Source: Marsupella aquatica (taxonomy: Eukaryota; Plantae; Marchantiophyta). From it: a DNA stretch of 64,000 nucleotides. The position numbers and the translations under genes are program-made. Where the stretch lies: the NCBI GenBank assembly GCA_973895155.1, contig OZ316894.1, positions 12,316,828-12,380,827 on the forward strand, given 5' to 3'. The notes below the pieces were generated by a model that saw only the letters and a list, made by a program, of their open reading frames with translations, was not told the origin of the DNA and made no database searches. Of the stretch, positions 12,818-26,985 are shown one piece after another. Position 1 is the first letter of the stretch. Every line of letters starts with the position of its first letter.

Positions 12818-13375
12818 ATTGATCTCTAGTGTGAGCACAATAAAGGGTTCCTCCAAGATATAGGCCCTCTCCACTAGTCTAACCTCAGCAGCACTTAACC
12901 ATGATGAAGTTGTGCTCCAAACAACCTATTTAACCACTTGCTAGAGTGAAGTATTAACAAGTTGTTAACTCTTATTAGTCTCAACAATGTTATAATGAAT
13001 GGAGTACTTGTAAAAGAACATACACCGTAATCCTCCCCCACAGAGTGCACCATAATTTATGGGTATTATGAGCTTTATTGAGAGCAACTTATGAAAATTA
13101 TTTAGTTACAGTAAGTTAACACCTAATTAAGCCTATGATTTCCCTCCAAAACACAGTACAAAGTGCATTAAGATCCATGTGGTTCGTCACAAACTCAATG
13201 GCAATTAAATTTGAGATAAGATTGATGTTCCAAGGTTGGAATTCACACTTAATTTCACACCTGAGCGAGCGTGCATGTTTCAACCTAGGCAATTGCACAG
13301 CGAGCGACTGAGTCCGCTTTGGATTCGGAATGCATGTGCGGTTCAGTGGCCTTATTTGTCATGTTGCCTTTCAGG

Positions 13376-13428
<53 letters not shown>
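13376..13428. repeat. Compound (TA)n(GA)n microsatellite
   Basis: Direct reading. Confidence 0.9.
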
Positions 13429-13430
<2 letters not shown>

Positions 13431-14455
13431 TGGAATGAAATGATAATAGAGACTCAATCTAGCCACATTTCTAGAGAAAATTCTAAACAAATACGGAACA
13501 TTGAGAGGTAACCTATTTCTTCAAACTCCTAAACTTCTATGCTTAACCTGGTGGTAATACTGTATACCCCGAGCTGTGTTAAACTAGTGTCGGTACCAGT
13601 ATACAAGTTGGCAGGGTTAACATAAAGTAAATCTGCTCAGCCTGTTGTGGACGAAATTGTACTTGCACTGATTCGGATAGCTCACTGACATTCTACATAC
13701 TCATCATGAGGGCCTTACCATTTGTACAATCTCGTTGGAGGTAACACATCTACAGCACACGAAAAAGAAATTGTGGAGAATTTCACATCCTAAGATTATA
13801 GATACATTGCTTGAGCCAAAAAATCTCTTAAATCTCATTAGACCAGAAGTCCTTACTATCCACCTTCCATGCCTACTTCTATCAAATTCATTGACATCCT
13901 CACTTTGGAACAAAATGCTCGTCGGAGGAGAATGAGTGAAAAATCTGCAGATGCCCACCGCTGAGGGAATGGGAGACAAGGCAAGACTGCCCCAGAAGAA
14001 GTTCAGAAATTATCTTCTAAATCATTGTTCCTTGTTCCCATACCCGATCTGACTGGCATAACGTCTTGAATATTGAGAAATGACTGCAATCCAACCTGCT
14101 CTTTCGATGCAGGAAATGCCCATAGTGGACACATAGTGAAATTCAGTAACGAAAACGATCAGAGGTACCACCCCAATGTAGCCAAGACCTTCGCAACTTT
14201 GCTCCATAGCTTTGTTGCATTTGATTGAAGCAAAATCTTCTTCTTCGCAATTTAAAACCTGCCCAGGTAAATAACCGATTAGGAACTTCATGGCCAGGGG
14301 CACTGCCCAAACGAATCCTTCAACCCATGAGGCAGATAGAGCATGCACTCTGAGTGCCTTGAGTGTTGCTAAGTTGCCATTAGTCTGGGTAAGGAAATCT
14401 GGGAAAGCAAATGAATGCCTCCACAGATAGGCAATGCTGGTACCGAGTAGGAACT

Positions 14456-15351
14456 TCAATTAGTTCCTTGATAGTACACAGTGCCCACCATCAGTGCAAC
14501 GGTGGCTCCTTGCATCAACACACGAGCACGCATGAGCATCTGACTTCGTTGAGATTTTCCTTGTTTGAATGAATACAGCCCAGCAACCAAAACCCCAGCT
14601 GTTGCGAAGGCACCTGAACAATAGGCAGATAGAGAACCAACTATAAGAAATGTTCTGTTAAATATAAGATTCCATTGCAGTAATTTGCATAGATAGACAC
14701 TAATATCACAGCAAACCACAAGTAGTCAAGCCCCGCACGACTTGAATGCACTACATATCCGTCCGTCTCTAGGGTTAGAAGAATATTGAATAGGTAGCTG
14801 CCGTTTGGCGGAGCATCCACTGACTGAACTCTGCATGCGTTCTCTACCCCATTTGCTTCGGCAAACTGTATTCATAACGGATCAATTTGGGTCCCTATGG
14901 AATTCGATTTTCCGTGAAGACTTATCATCAGCAAAAGCTCTACACAATCCTCGGAATCCAACCTCATAACGAAAGGCCAAAGGCCTAACCAGTAAAATAA
15001 TATTCTCCGGTGACTTGGTGTGATTCTTCTGAATCGCCGCATTCAAGCTAACACAGTGCCACACCCAGCGTACGCTGCCAGACCTAAATAGTATCAGACC
15101 TAAGAAAACACCCTGCTCTTCCTCACTTGCACGATCACCGTAATGTCACGCGCAAGCACAAAGCAAACCTTGGATGGAACCATACGGGCGATTCAGAAAC
15201 ATCTACGCCACACCCCACGCACGAGCAGATTGGAACATACAGTAGACACCGAAAGCACTTTACCTATCGGAACGAGAGGGTTCCGATAATCCCTCTTATT
15301 CTCGAACATATCCTCATTGTCCATGGCCCCAAGCGGTGGAATGCTGCCCAT
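14456..15351 (-). CDS. HIG1 (hypoxia-induced gene) domain protein, HIGD/RCF1-like, about 81 aa; exons 15351-15264 and 14613-14456
   Basis: The spliced product reads RNPLVPIG|AFATAGVLVAGLYSFKQGKSQRSQMLMRARVLMQGATVALMVGTVYY, the HIG_1_N signature, across a canonical GT-AG phase-1 intron. An alternative start lies at 15324. Confidence 0.9.
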
Positions 15352-18300
15352 CGTTTCTGAAGCCTCTCCTTTCTTAGAACTCCCTCCTTCCAGATTCCGC
15401 AATTGGGTAAAACCTCAGCAGAGAATCAATGTGTGTCGATCCCCCCACCATACAGTACACACAGGCCTTCTTCGACGGGGCAGAATCTGTCAAATGGTAA
15501 GGCTTGCAATTAGTTCACGGTGCGTACATCCACAAACCTACCTCCCTGTACAATTTGAAATGAAAGCCCACACTACCAACACAATTCCCACGACGAATGT
15601 CTCGATGTCGAGAAATTGATGATGCGGTTCATTTGTTTGTGTGCAACCACAGTTTGACCACGTCAAGTATCGTCTGTTCAACTACTTTGGACCATTCACA
15701 GACTGCCACGTAAGCCATTTGCTCCCAGAGTATTTCTCATTAAAGTTACAGCGTATCTTCATACGGTGTGGGACCTATGGCGTCCCTACGCGGCCAATTT
15801 GAAATCCTCCTGTACTGGTCTCGATGTCATCGTTCTGTCCGGGGCGGGAGTATTCACAATTAGTTCTTCTCACCAGCGAACAAACAAACACTGACTGTCT
15901 TTCCATCTTTCATATCGAAAGCACTGAAAGAAAAATTGAAGAACTGAGAACTGAAAAGCCGAACGCACAGCACAAAGCGATATCCAAGGTGAGGTTAAAT
16001 GAGAATCCACAGGCAAGAGTTCACATTAAGCACTTGGAAGAATTTAATTAAGCCAGAATTCCCTATCCGATCAGAGCACCAGACGCACGGATAGATTAAT
16101 GACGCCAACTAATTATCAAAGCTAAAATTGCCAGACCGAGCTCCTTTAGGCACGAGAATTGAAAAGCTGGAACTGACCGATAAGCTGGAACTGACCGTTA
16201 ACATCTACTGTAGATATATGTGCGCAAGAAGGTATCCGAGAACTAACGTACAACATCAAGTAATGAGTCAGGCAGTAAACACTCTGTCACAGTTACACAA
16301 TTTTGATAAAGCAGGGACTACGAGCTGACTTCGGCTGGTAGTGTCGTGCCGAATAATAATACAATTTCCCTCGAGCTTGGAAGCATTTTGTGCCATAATG
16401 CAGCGAGCAAGGAGACTTCATGCAGCAATGAGCGACTCCTAAGCATGACTCAACGGGAGAATAGTATCAGATGTATAGTCTGACGCTCAACATGATGCGA
16501 GAAACGCAAATGAACGACGAAATTTCAACTAATGGACAACAAAGAAGCTGTGAACTGGCCTTGCATCCACAACGCACCAACTTGTGAAAACCCCTTGTGC
16601 ATCGAAACTGGCAGATCGTCTGTATAATACGAATTCAAAATCTCTCGACACAAGATCTGGAAAGCGATCTCCACAGCTTCTGTAATATGCCAAGATTTCA
16701 CAGAACTTCGATCACCTTTGCATGACCAGAGAGTGGACGAGTAGATCGAAACCATGTGCACACTCAATTAGTCAACGTAATGACAATCATTCACTTCACC
16801 TCTTCGACGAGACAAGTAAAGGAGACCCTGCTGATACGTAAGTTGGCCCTCAAGATTGACACCAAGTGGACGAGTGACAATATCAAGGCCCAAGAGTACA
16901 ATGTCCAGGACGTCTCGTAACAAATTGCTACTCGCCAGATCTGTAAGCCAGAAAGATTGCAAGCAACTTTACAAAATGGAAAAAGGTGAGTTTCTTGATG
17001 AAAAACATAACAAATTGTACCCAATTGTTCCGTAGCAGATATCTCTTTCTCCCTTTGCGGTTGATCGACTCTGGTTGTTCGACTCTAGTTGTTCGGCAAG
17101 ATGTAGAACGATAGTATGAGCGATCTTGAATCAACGGGACAATGCTGAAATGATGACAGAAGCGATCTTCTCTCTCAAATGAACACAAAATCTTGGACCC
17201 AATGAGCGAGTGAACTCGAAATGTCAATCGAGCGCTCAATTGAGGGCATCAAGGTATGGCGTGAGCGTTACCGAAACACCGATTTCCCAGCATCCATTAT
17301 TATTAATTTGTGCAAGCCGAAGCGAAGTAGAGAAGCACTGAAAATCTGGAACGTGGTGATGCGGAAGCACAACAATGACATCAGTCAGGTACTGAGAACC
17401 TCTTTCTGTACAGTGTAATTATAAGCCATTCCATCAGCCCTCAAAAGGGTCTTGCCCTCAAAAGGGTCTTGCCCTCAAAACTCGCCTGCCATGACCACCC
17501 CACTTTCATGGGCACCCTCATTGGCTTCCCTGTAAATTGGGGTGGAAGGTCCATGACCACCCCCACTTAAATTCTGAATGGTACTAAAGTTACGGGTGTG
17601 TAAGTATTTTTGGAGGCCTCTGCTACATCCATAATGTCATGCTCAAAAAGTCACTTCCACATTATGCCCAAAATGTCATTTCCGGACTGTATTTATGTAC
17701 CCTAAGGATTGCCTGGGCTGGGGTTCTAGACTGAACCCGGTTCTCCAGATTGCTCATAAAGATACCCGATGATAGCTCAGGAAATCTTACCGTCTACCGC
17801 CAACCAGCTTTTCTTCATTTTCTGGTCACATGATTACAGCTAGTAACCCTGTGCCAGAAAGTGCTTATGCCATACTTTCATGGGCACCAGCCATTTTGGG
17901 GCAAAAAGTAGTCAGAAACTTATCTAGAAAAGGGGCTGGCTAATGATACTCGGGCCAAACTCTGTAAAAATGGCAACAGTTTGCCACATTAGGATCAAGG
18001 GTTACATTAGGATCAAGGGCTGGTATCATTTGCCAGCAAGCCCTAGGCAAGAAAATGCCCGTGACCAAAGGGGTTTGGCCACAAAAGCTGAACTACTCTA
18101 CTCTTTATAATTTGTGACTGATTAGTTATTGTCACCAATACATGAATGTTTCATTAGTATAGTGATCACTCTCGTGAGGGGGAGGTCTCAGGTTCAAAAC
18201 TCGGGTCCTGAAATGCTTTGACCCAAATTTGACTCGCAATAGTACAAAAACATGATAAGTTGGGGTTGCATTTAAATTTGAGATAATTCATTATAATATG

Positions 18301-18509
18301 ATACCTCAAAATAATATAAGTTTGAAATAGAATTCATACATGTAATTTTTATTTGATAAGAGAAAAAAATGTATCAAAACCTAAATGTATCTAAAAGACT
18401 AACCTAAATAACCATACCTAAATTGTCCACCACCTAATCTGAAATAAATCATAAAGAATTTAATCTTTTTCTCCTCTCATCGTCAACCTTTTGTTGATGT
18501 ATATACAAA

Positions 18510-18647
18510 CCAGCATATGAAGGATAAATACGCTCGTCGGCAAAATATTTCTCAAGCAACAAGCATTGTATGCATCGACCAGCATCTAAAGAATGAACAC
18601 ACTCGTAGGCAAAATATTTCTCAAGCAACAAGCATTGTATGCATCGA
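18510..18647. repeat. 69-bp tandem duplication
   Basis: ccagcat...ggcaaaatatttctcaagcaacaagcattgtatgcatcga occurs twice. Confidence 0.85.
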
Positions 18648-20325
18648 GAACACTCCATCGATGACAACACAAAGCCAAAGTATATCTCCAACAAAAAAGA
18701 GTTGCATCCAAATGTCCCGGGCCAAATGTACTAGATTAAGTGACTATAGGCAGGTCTGTAGCAAATGACTAGGTCATTGCTACCACCGGCTAGAGCAAAC
18801 TCGCACTAGTCCAAGAGAATACGATAGAAAACTACCTATGAACGACCCTAATGATCGAGCGCATCCCTCCACGACCACCTAGGCAAATGGTAGGTTGCAA
18901 GCAACGCTTATGGCGTCGCTTGCCCCAGAAAATGCCTATGAGGTTGCTTTGGCCCAAAAAAGGCAAAAGAATAAGCAATGAGAGGAGAGGAGAAGAGAAG
19001 AGAATGAGGAGAATGAACTGAGAGACTCTCCCTTTTATGCTAATCATCTCTAAGTTCTTAATTAATGTCATACCTAATTTCATTAGCGACTAATTAATAT
19101 CATACCTAACCTAATTAAAAGCACACCCACCCATTCTTCTAGAACTACTCAAATAAAAATCTATGTTGACAAATGAGTGAGAAGTCCACAAAAGGAATAA
19201 AAACACATTTTTTGTTTTGATGTTGACCCCCGTCTTGCAAGAAAAATGAAAGATTTATAAAACCTGAAATCTCTCCATTCTTTGTCTTTATTGTTCCTCC
19301 CCTTAAAAGACCCTTAAACCATCCATCGCTCCCCACTTCTAAGATAGAATAGGGGTTAGCTTGTTCGATACACTCAACTAGTGTCTGCCCCCTCTAGCAA
19401 GAAAAAAATATAAACAAAGACCAATTTTGAAAATCTCTCCCTTAAATACCCTTAAACCTTTCAGCAATTAAAGAAAAAATTCTTTAAACCCTTATTATTT
19501 CTCCCCTTAAAGTAATCCTCCATCCGGGCCAAAAAATAAAAATGTCTCTTTTTGTCTTTTTGATTTTCCCATTCTTTAAAATACCCTTGATTCTCTATCT
19601 GTTTTAATTCTCAAAGAAAATAAAATAATGAGATCAACCATAGGGCATGCTCCTTACTCATCGTTTTTTCTAAAAAAAAGAAGCCCCTTTAAAAATCTTT
19701 TCGAGGTGACCAATTTCACCAAAAACAAAAAGGAAGCCCCTTTAAGAGTCGTACCTTTTCAAGGTGACTTTGGTCCCAAAGGGAGATATATAAAAGCATT
19801 AAAAAATTCTGATAACTAAAAGACAAAAAATGGTGAGAGAATCAAGTACACACGTACATTGAGGGGGGAGCATTTAATGTACTTTCATTTGTGTTGAATA
19901 TAATATACTCTGTGTACTCCAATTTATCTTGATCTTGAGTACTCCATACAAACTAAAGAGTGTTAGAATGAGTATATTGTGACTAAAGTATATTTGTGTG
20001 CCTCTTTACTTATGTGGAGAAAGCATATCTGGAGAAAACTTATGTGGAGAAAACTTATACGCAGAAAAAACGTTTGGAGCCATTTTGGGCTCCCACCACA
20101 AAGCTGAACTTTAAGTTCAGCCAATAAGGGCTGTTTGCCTACAGCTCGTTACAATGTTTGCCTACAGCTCGTTACAATGCACTGTAGATGGTTGCCAGTC
20201 GTTGACAATGAGCTAGCGGAGGTTTTCCAAGAATGAGTGAGCGGAGCAAGGAATTTTCCCGATAAGTTAATTTCTCAATTTCTATTAAAGAGAGCAGTTG
20301 TTCAAGTTACTATTTGTCACCAGAG

Positions 20326-23300
20326 TGTTGAACTAAGACGTCATTCGCAACGACCATATAACCATGACTCATTCCATGCACACGTAGTCGACACAATCTC
20401 TACGTGGTTCACCTCTTCTCCAGGACTACGTCCACACGAATACTCAAACTTTACTTCAAGAGTGGACGAACACACATGCTCTTCCTCTTCCTCAAGTTGC
20501 TCCGTTACAATGAGTAAGCACAACACACCGGCGGCTTACACTAGCCCTGGTATATACAAGGTCACACACGACTAACCTAACCTCAGTTAAGATCCTAACT
20601 ATGGTTAGCCTAAGTACCGTAACCTATGAGTCACAAGACTAAGAGCAATCCTTAACAAACTCCCCCTTGACTCTAGTCTTGGGGACTGCAATTTCTGCTA
20701 TCCATATGAGATACTCAGCGGGAAATTCTAGACAATCACCTAAAACCATAGGTGTCCCCCTAAAAACCATTTAAGGTTAACTAGAATTAAGCCGTAGCCA
20801 TAACAGGATTGAGTAACCCATATACAAAAATTACATATTGTTAAGTTACTCTCCTAGTGCTGCAAATGTAAAATTTGCAAAGTAGCACGGTGCCTTGAGT
20901 AACTCTCCGAATGAATCACTTTGGTAAAAGCATCAACCGGGTTGAGCTTTCCATCAATCTTGACTAGCTCAAACATTTTATCAGACACTGCTTGCCTAAT
21001 AAAATGGTACCTGATGTCAATGTGCTTCACCCTGCTATCCATCACCTGGTTAATAGCTAGGTGAAGCGCACTCTGGCTGTCACAATGAAGAGTCATTTTT
21101 CCATGCTCCAATCCCATCTCAGTGACCAGCTTATCCAACCAAATTGCTTCCTTTGCTGCTTCTGCTGCTGCAACATATTCTGCTTCTGTAGTAGACTGAG
21201 ATACACACTTCTGCAAGGTAGATCTCCAACTTATGCATCCTCTTCCAAGAGTAAACACATACCCAGTCGTTGACCTCCTTGTTTCCAGACAGCCTCCGTA
21301 GTCAAAATCTACATAGCCAACCAAAGATTTGGCTTTGTTTGATCTACTATCAAACAACAAACCATAGTTTATTGTGCCCTTAAGATACCTGAGAATCCAT
21401 TTCACAGCCTCCCAATGTACCTTCCCTAGATTTGACATGAATCTACTCACTTTGCCCCCGACTTTGCCCATTGCTAGGGCTAGATCAGGCCTGGTATATG
21501 TCATCAAATACATTAGACTACCCATTGTCTTCTCATAAAGGAACCTTAGTCATCAAGCCTCTCTCCACTCGATCCGTGAGGCAGGAAGCCAATGATAACT
21601 TGAAATGTGGAGCCAAACGAATACTTACTGGCTTACAATTTTTCATGTTAAATCTTGCAAGTACCTTTTTAGCATACTTGCCTTGATTCAGCCACAATTG
21701 TCCAGTTTCAAAGTTCCTAGTAATCTCCATACCTAAGATCCTTTTGGCTTTCCCAAGATCCTTCATTCGGAATTCAGAACTCAGTTTTGCTTTGAGTTTG
21801 TCAACCTCAGATTGATCCTTAGCCGCAATCAACATGTCATCCACGTAGAGCACCACAATAAGTAAACCAAACACACTATTCTTGACTGATTTTGTATACA
21901 CACAAGGGTCATATACCATTCTAGTAAATCCTTGTGCAAGCATGAAATCATCAAACCGCTTGTTCCACTGTCGAGGAGCTTACTTCAATCCATATAGGGA
22001 CTTAAGCAACCTGCAAACTAAACTCTCTTGGCCCTTCTTCACAAAGCCCAGTGGTTGCCTCATGAAAATTTATTCCTCCAAGGTGCCATAGAGAAAAGCA
22101 GTAACAACATCCATTTGATCTAACACCAGATCAAAAGACACAACAAGTTGACACAAAATTCGTATCGTGGAATACTTGGCAACTGGAGAGAAGACCTCAT
22201 TGTAATCCACTCCCTTCTCTTGAGTGAATCCCTTGGCAACAAGTCTTGCCTTGTATATCTTGTCTCCTCCATCTGAAGAGTTATCCTTCAGCTTGTAAAT
22301 CCACTTGCTATCCACTACTTGTTGATCACTTGGCAGCTGCACCAGCTCCCATGTTCTGTTGTCACTTAAAGATTGCAACTCCCTCTGCATCGCTGCATTC
22401 CATTTATCTTTCTCGTCTGAAATGCACGCCTCATGATAAGAAGAAGGTTCTCCTTCTTCCAAGATCAGTGCTCTATCATCATCATCATCAGGTGCAATGT
22501 CAACATCATCTAACCTTGATGAATCTGTACATTGTCCATACCTTGTAGGAGCTCGAGTAGTACGTCTCAATTTTCTAGCTGATGATTCTGGTTGATCTTG
22601 TTTTGTTGGTTGAATTTGAGGTATTCCAACAACAGCCTGCTCCTCTTGTTCCATTACCGGAACCAGCTCCATTCTCGGAGCACCTCCTTCATTTATGTCA
22701 TGAAAACTCTCATGACCAATCTCCCCCACAACATGGTCCAAGATAGGAGATTTACCTTTGTCAGTACGGGAAGCCTAAGCATTCTCCCCCTCTTTTGATG
22801 ATCTGGATTCATTAAAGGATACATCTCTACTGACAAGCAACGTACAAGCTTCTGGATCCCATAGCCTATAACCTTTCACACCTGGTTGATAACCAAGAAA
22901 AAGACACTTTTTGGAAGTAGAATCTAGTTTAGATTGATTATGCTTAGATGTGAGAGCATATGCATCACTTCCAAAGACTCTCAAAACTTGATAGTCTGCG
23001 TGCCGTCGATACCTCATTTCAAACGGCGTCTTGAAATTGATTGTACTTGAAGGAGAAAGATTTACCAAATAAGTGGTCGTATTTACAACTTCAGCCCAAA
23101 ATTCATTCGGTAAACCTGATTGGCTCAACATACTCCTCGATCGCTCCAATAGTGTTCGGTTCAGCCACTCACAAACACCATTTTGTTGAGGAGTATAAAC
23201 TGTCGTGAGATGACGAGTAATCTCTTGCTCTGCACAATATAGTTCAAATTCACTTGAACTATACTCCCCGCCGTTATCTGATCGTAGATATTTCACCTTG

Positions 23301-26300
23301 GATCCAATCTGATTCTCAATTTGGGCTTTCCACTTCTTAAAAGTGCCAAAAACTTCAGACTTGGCGTGTAGAAATGTGATCCACACATACCTTGAGTAAT
23401 CATCAATGAACGTGACATAGTACAATTTTCCAAAAAGTGAGGGAGTTGGGGCTGGACCCCACACATCACTATGTACATACTCAAGTATAGTTTTGGTATT
23501 GTGAGTTCCAACACCAAAGGTTCTCCTATGCTGCTTCCCAAGCGCACAGTGTTCACAAAAATCTAGCTTAGTAGATTCCAAATTAGAAAGAAGTCCTTTC
23601 CTGCAAAGTACCGCCAAACCCTTTTTACTCATGTGTCCCAATCTGCAGTGCCACAACTGAGTCATCTCGCATTGAGATCTAGTTACATTGGCTTCTTCAT
23701 AAATCACGTTGCCCTCCAACAAGTATAGATTCCTATGCCGCTTACCCTTCATGACAACCTTGTCTCCGGTTGACACTTGAAGAATACCATCAGTAGAACT
23801 CCACCAACATCCATTTGCTTCCAGCATTCCAAGAGAAATCAAGTTCTTTTTCATGTCAGGTATGTGTCTGACATTACTCACTGTTCGCACAGCTCCATCA
23901 AACATCCAAATTTTCACGGATCCAATTCCAACAATTTGACAAGGATCATCATTCCCCATCAAGACGGAACCGGTTGATACTGAGTAAGAACTAAAAAACT
24001 CTTTCATACAACAAATATGATAGGTACAGGCACAGTCTAAAATCCATTCATCACCGTTGTTACTGGATGAAATGCAAAGGGCAACATCTTGACTTCACAA
24101 GATTTCATCATCAAGCAAGTCAATCATATCAACATCAGTGGTTGCGTTCGCTGATGGTTGATGAGTCTGCTTGACTCGACAGTCTCATTTCATGTGGTCA
24201 GGCTTGTTATATTTCCAGTATATAATTGGTTTCTTTTCTAGAGATTTCTCTCTAGACCTGGATCTAGACTTAGACCGAGCCTTCTCCTTGCCTCTATTCC
24301 GTGAGGGATACATTTGTGAAAAGGACCTGTTTTCGCCAGTCATCCACTGTTGAGTCCTCCCGCGATTCACATTCAATGCATTGCCAGATGAAGATGGTGT
24401 CTGGGTATGACCTAGTTTCTTCTGTGCATCATCTGACAGCAAAGAGCTTACCACCTCATCATATGAAATAGTTTTGAGGTCTCTATACAAGAGAACCTGC
24501 TTCAAACCTTGATACGATGGGGGTAAGGAGCTGAGAACAAGCAATGCCTTATCTTCATCTTCCACTCCCTTGCCAAGATTTGACAAATCTACAACTAGGC
24601 TGTCGAATTCATCCAAGTGATCTCGAAGCTTGCCTCCTTCTTTTAGCCTCAAGCTCATCAAGAAAGACTTCTTGTATAATCGATCTGAGGCATCTTTGCG
24701 GTAGTACTTCTCTCTAAGGGCCTTGAATAAGGATACGCAATCCTCGTAGTCGTCCAGCTTCTTAATGATATGCGGCTTCAGATATAGCATAACCGCATTC
24801 ATAGCGATCACTTGCTCTTACCTCCATTTCCTCAATGGGATCTCCTCCTCACTGCTAGACTCCTCCCGAATCGATAGCAGATGATCTAGGCCCATAGCAC
24901 GAAGAATTCCCTTAACCTGCTTCTCCTATAGCAAATAATCTGTACGCCCATCATATTTTTCCACCTCAAACTTGACACCTCCAAACTTGGATGCCATCGT
25001 TGTCCTCCCAACGTTCTCCACGTATTATTGCTGTGCTACTCCCTATATGCTTTTATCGCTTTTTCCTTCCTTCCTTCTTGTTGACTCAAATCCAAATCAC
25101 GAAAAAATGTCGTTTTTCGCAACTTTCCAAAAAACTTGAAACTTGTCACCACCACTTAGCGCACCAACCTAGCAAGCCAACGCTGAAATCCAAAATTAAA
25201 TCGAGTTCCGACGAAAAACGTTTTCACGTTTCGGTCAGGGTGGGTAAAACTCAAAAATTCTTCCTCGTTTTGACCACCTTGGGGAATAAGAAAAATTCCA
25301 AGTACCACCCGCCGTCGGAAATTCAAATCGAGTGGTGCACCGCGTTGCTAGCTTCAGTGGCTACATTCTCGCCAAAAAAGATCCAAAAAAAGTTACCGTT
25401 TGGACCTTGGAATCTTTGACTAAAGACCAAAAAATAACTCTCTATTTTTTTGGAATATTCCTTGAAATGTGCAACAGGTCTCACAGGGGGCCGTTCCCCC
25501 TGTCCAAGCGGTTAATTTGGTGGGTCACCGGGCCCGGGATGCCGCTTAACCAATGAGGAGCCTGGAAAGGATTAAAAAACCGGGCCTAAGGGGGTTTAAG
25601 CCCCTTAACAAAAAAATACTATCTTGAAATAGGCGCATCCGTGTCGCCTATACGTGTGACGGACCAGGCAGTGCACAGGGAGTAAAAAACCAAAACCGAG
25701 TCGAAATGGACAGGGACGGAGCTACGACGGCCAGGACGTCCGGGACGTCCGCGCCGGCCGGGACGTCCGCGCCGGCCGGGACGGCCGCGATGTCCGAGAG
25801 TATTAGCGAGGAGGAGGAGGGGGTCTCCGACGGGGTAATGACGGGGGTGCAAGGGTCAGGAGGGTGTGTATACACACCACAAAAAAGGCCCTATTCTAAG
25901 GCAAAATGTGCACAAAAAATAAATTTGTTGGGTTATTGACAATGTCGTTATCACTTTACACCAGAAAAAGACTAGTTGTCGATGGGAAATGTTACCGAAT
26001 TGCACCGACACCGTTTGCAACTCTAGCAGAGTAAAAAATTCCTGTCACGACTCCTTCACTCCACGTCAAGTGTCAATCTTGGACTCAAAACGACCACTGC
26101 ACCGCGATCTCTCCGTTGAGCCGTTGCACTTCCCGTTTCTTCCTCCGAGTCGGACGCAACGACAAGAAACCCCGCTTCAGTCAAAAGAAGACTCTATAGC
26201 CAGTCAGAAACTCAGAACGGCTCTTTTGCTTGGTACATCGCACTCACTACACCCTCGATAGCAAACCAGCTACCGAAATGATCAGCTTTGCCCGATCTAC

Positions 26301-26985
26301 GATTTGAGCGAAAGGTTGTGACGCCTCGCGCACCACAAAGCTCACACCGTCGAGAAAACGATCTCAGTTTCCCCCCAAAAGAACCGTCGAAGAAAACCGT
26401 CGAACAAGAATCACAAAAAATCCAGAATGACGGAAACATGAATTCCTCCACACCACGAACTTTGTTCAGAGATTTCTTTGCACCGTCGGAAAGCCCTTGC
26501 CCCGATCTATCCGTTGACCCCAACACCTCCAAGTTCCATGCGACAGAATTTCGTGAAATTCACCGACTCTAACCGCTGGAAAAACCGTCACCAACACATC
26601 ACAAAAATTTTGATCACCTCAACGTCACCTCCCAGGCTTGCTCTGATACCAATTGTTGAACTAAGACGTCATTCGCAACGACCATACAACCATGACTCAT
26701 TCCATGCACACGTAGTCGACACAATCTCTACGTGGTTCACCTCTTCTCCAGGGCTACGTCCACACGAATACTCAAACTTTACTTCAAGAGTGGACGAACA
26801 CACATGCTCTTCCTCTTCCTCAAGTTGCTCCGTTACAATGAGTAAGCACAACACACCAGCGGCTTACACTAGCCCTGGTATATATAAGGTCACACACGAC
26901 TAACCTAACCTCAGTTAAGATCCTAACTATGGTTAGCCTAAATGCCATAACCTATGAGTCACAAGACTAAGAGCAATCCTTAACA
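20326..26985 (-). mobile_element. Full-length Ty1/Copia LTR retrotransposon (Tork/Tnt1-like), decayed
   Basis: 332-bp LTRs at 20326-20657 and 26654-26985 (TG...CA, about 7 mismatches by eye). TSD CAGAG on both sides, tRNA-iMet PBS TGGTATCAGAG and PPT AAGGGGGAGTT. Confidence 0.97.
20854..24997 (-). pseudogene. Copia gag-protease-integrase-RT-RNase H polyprotein broken by stops and frameshifts
   Basis: KFEV..DG gag start, protease WILD, integrase HSDVWGP and LRSDNGGEY, RT YKARLVAKGF and YVDDML, RNase H CDSQSA and KHIDIRYHF. Confidence 0.93.

Larger units (their letters stand above)
11898..13020. repeat. Unclassified dispersed repeat (about 780 bp without the inserted solo LTR), inverted copy of 35048-35828
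   Basis: Colinear similarity to the reverse complement of 35048-35828, e.g. ctctccactagtctaacctca...gcacttaaccatg, aacaagttgttaac and cttgtaaaagaac. Confidence 0.8.

Noticed and set aside
14022-14459. 145-aa ORF overlapping the HIG1 stop
   Set aside because: Non-ATG start and no recognisable motif; most likely 3'UTR.
20237-20575. ORFs repeated at 20.3 and 26.5-26.9 kb
   Set aside because: They lie in the two LTR copies; chance frames.
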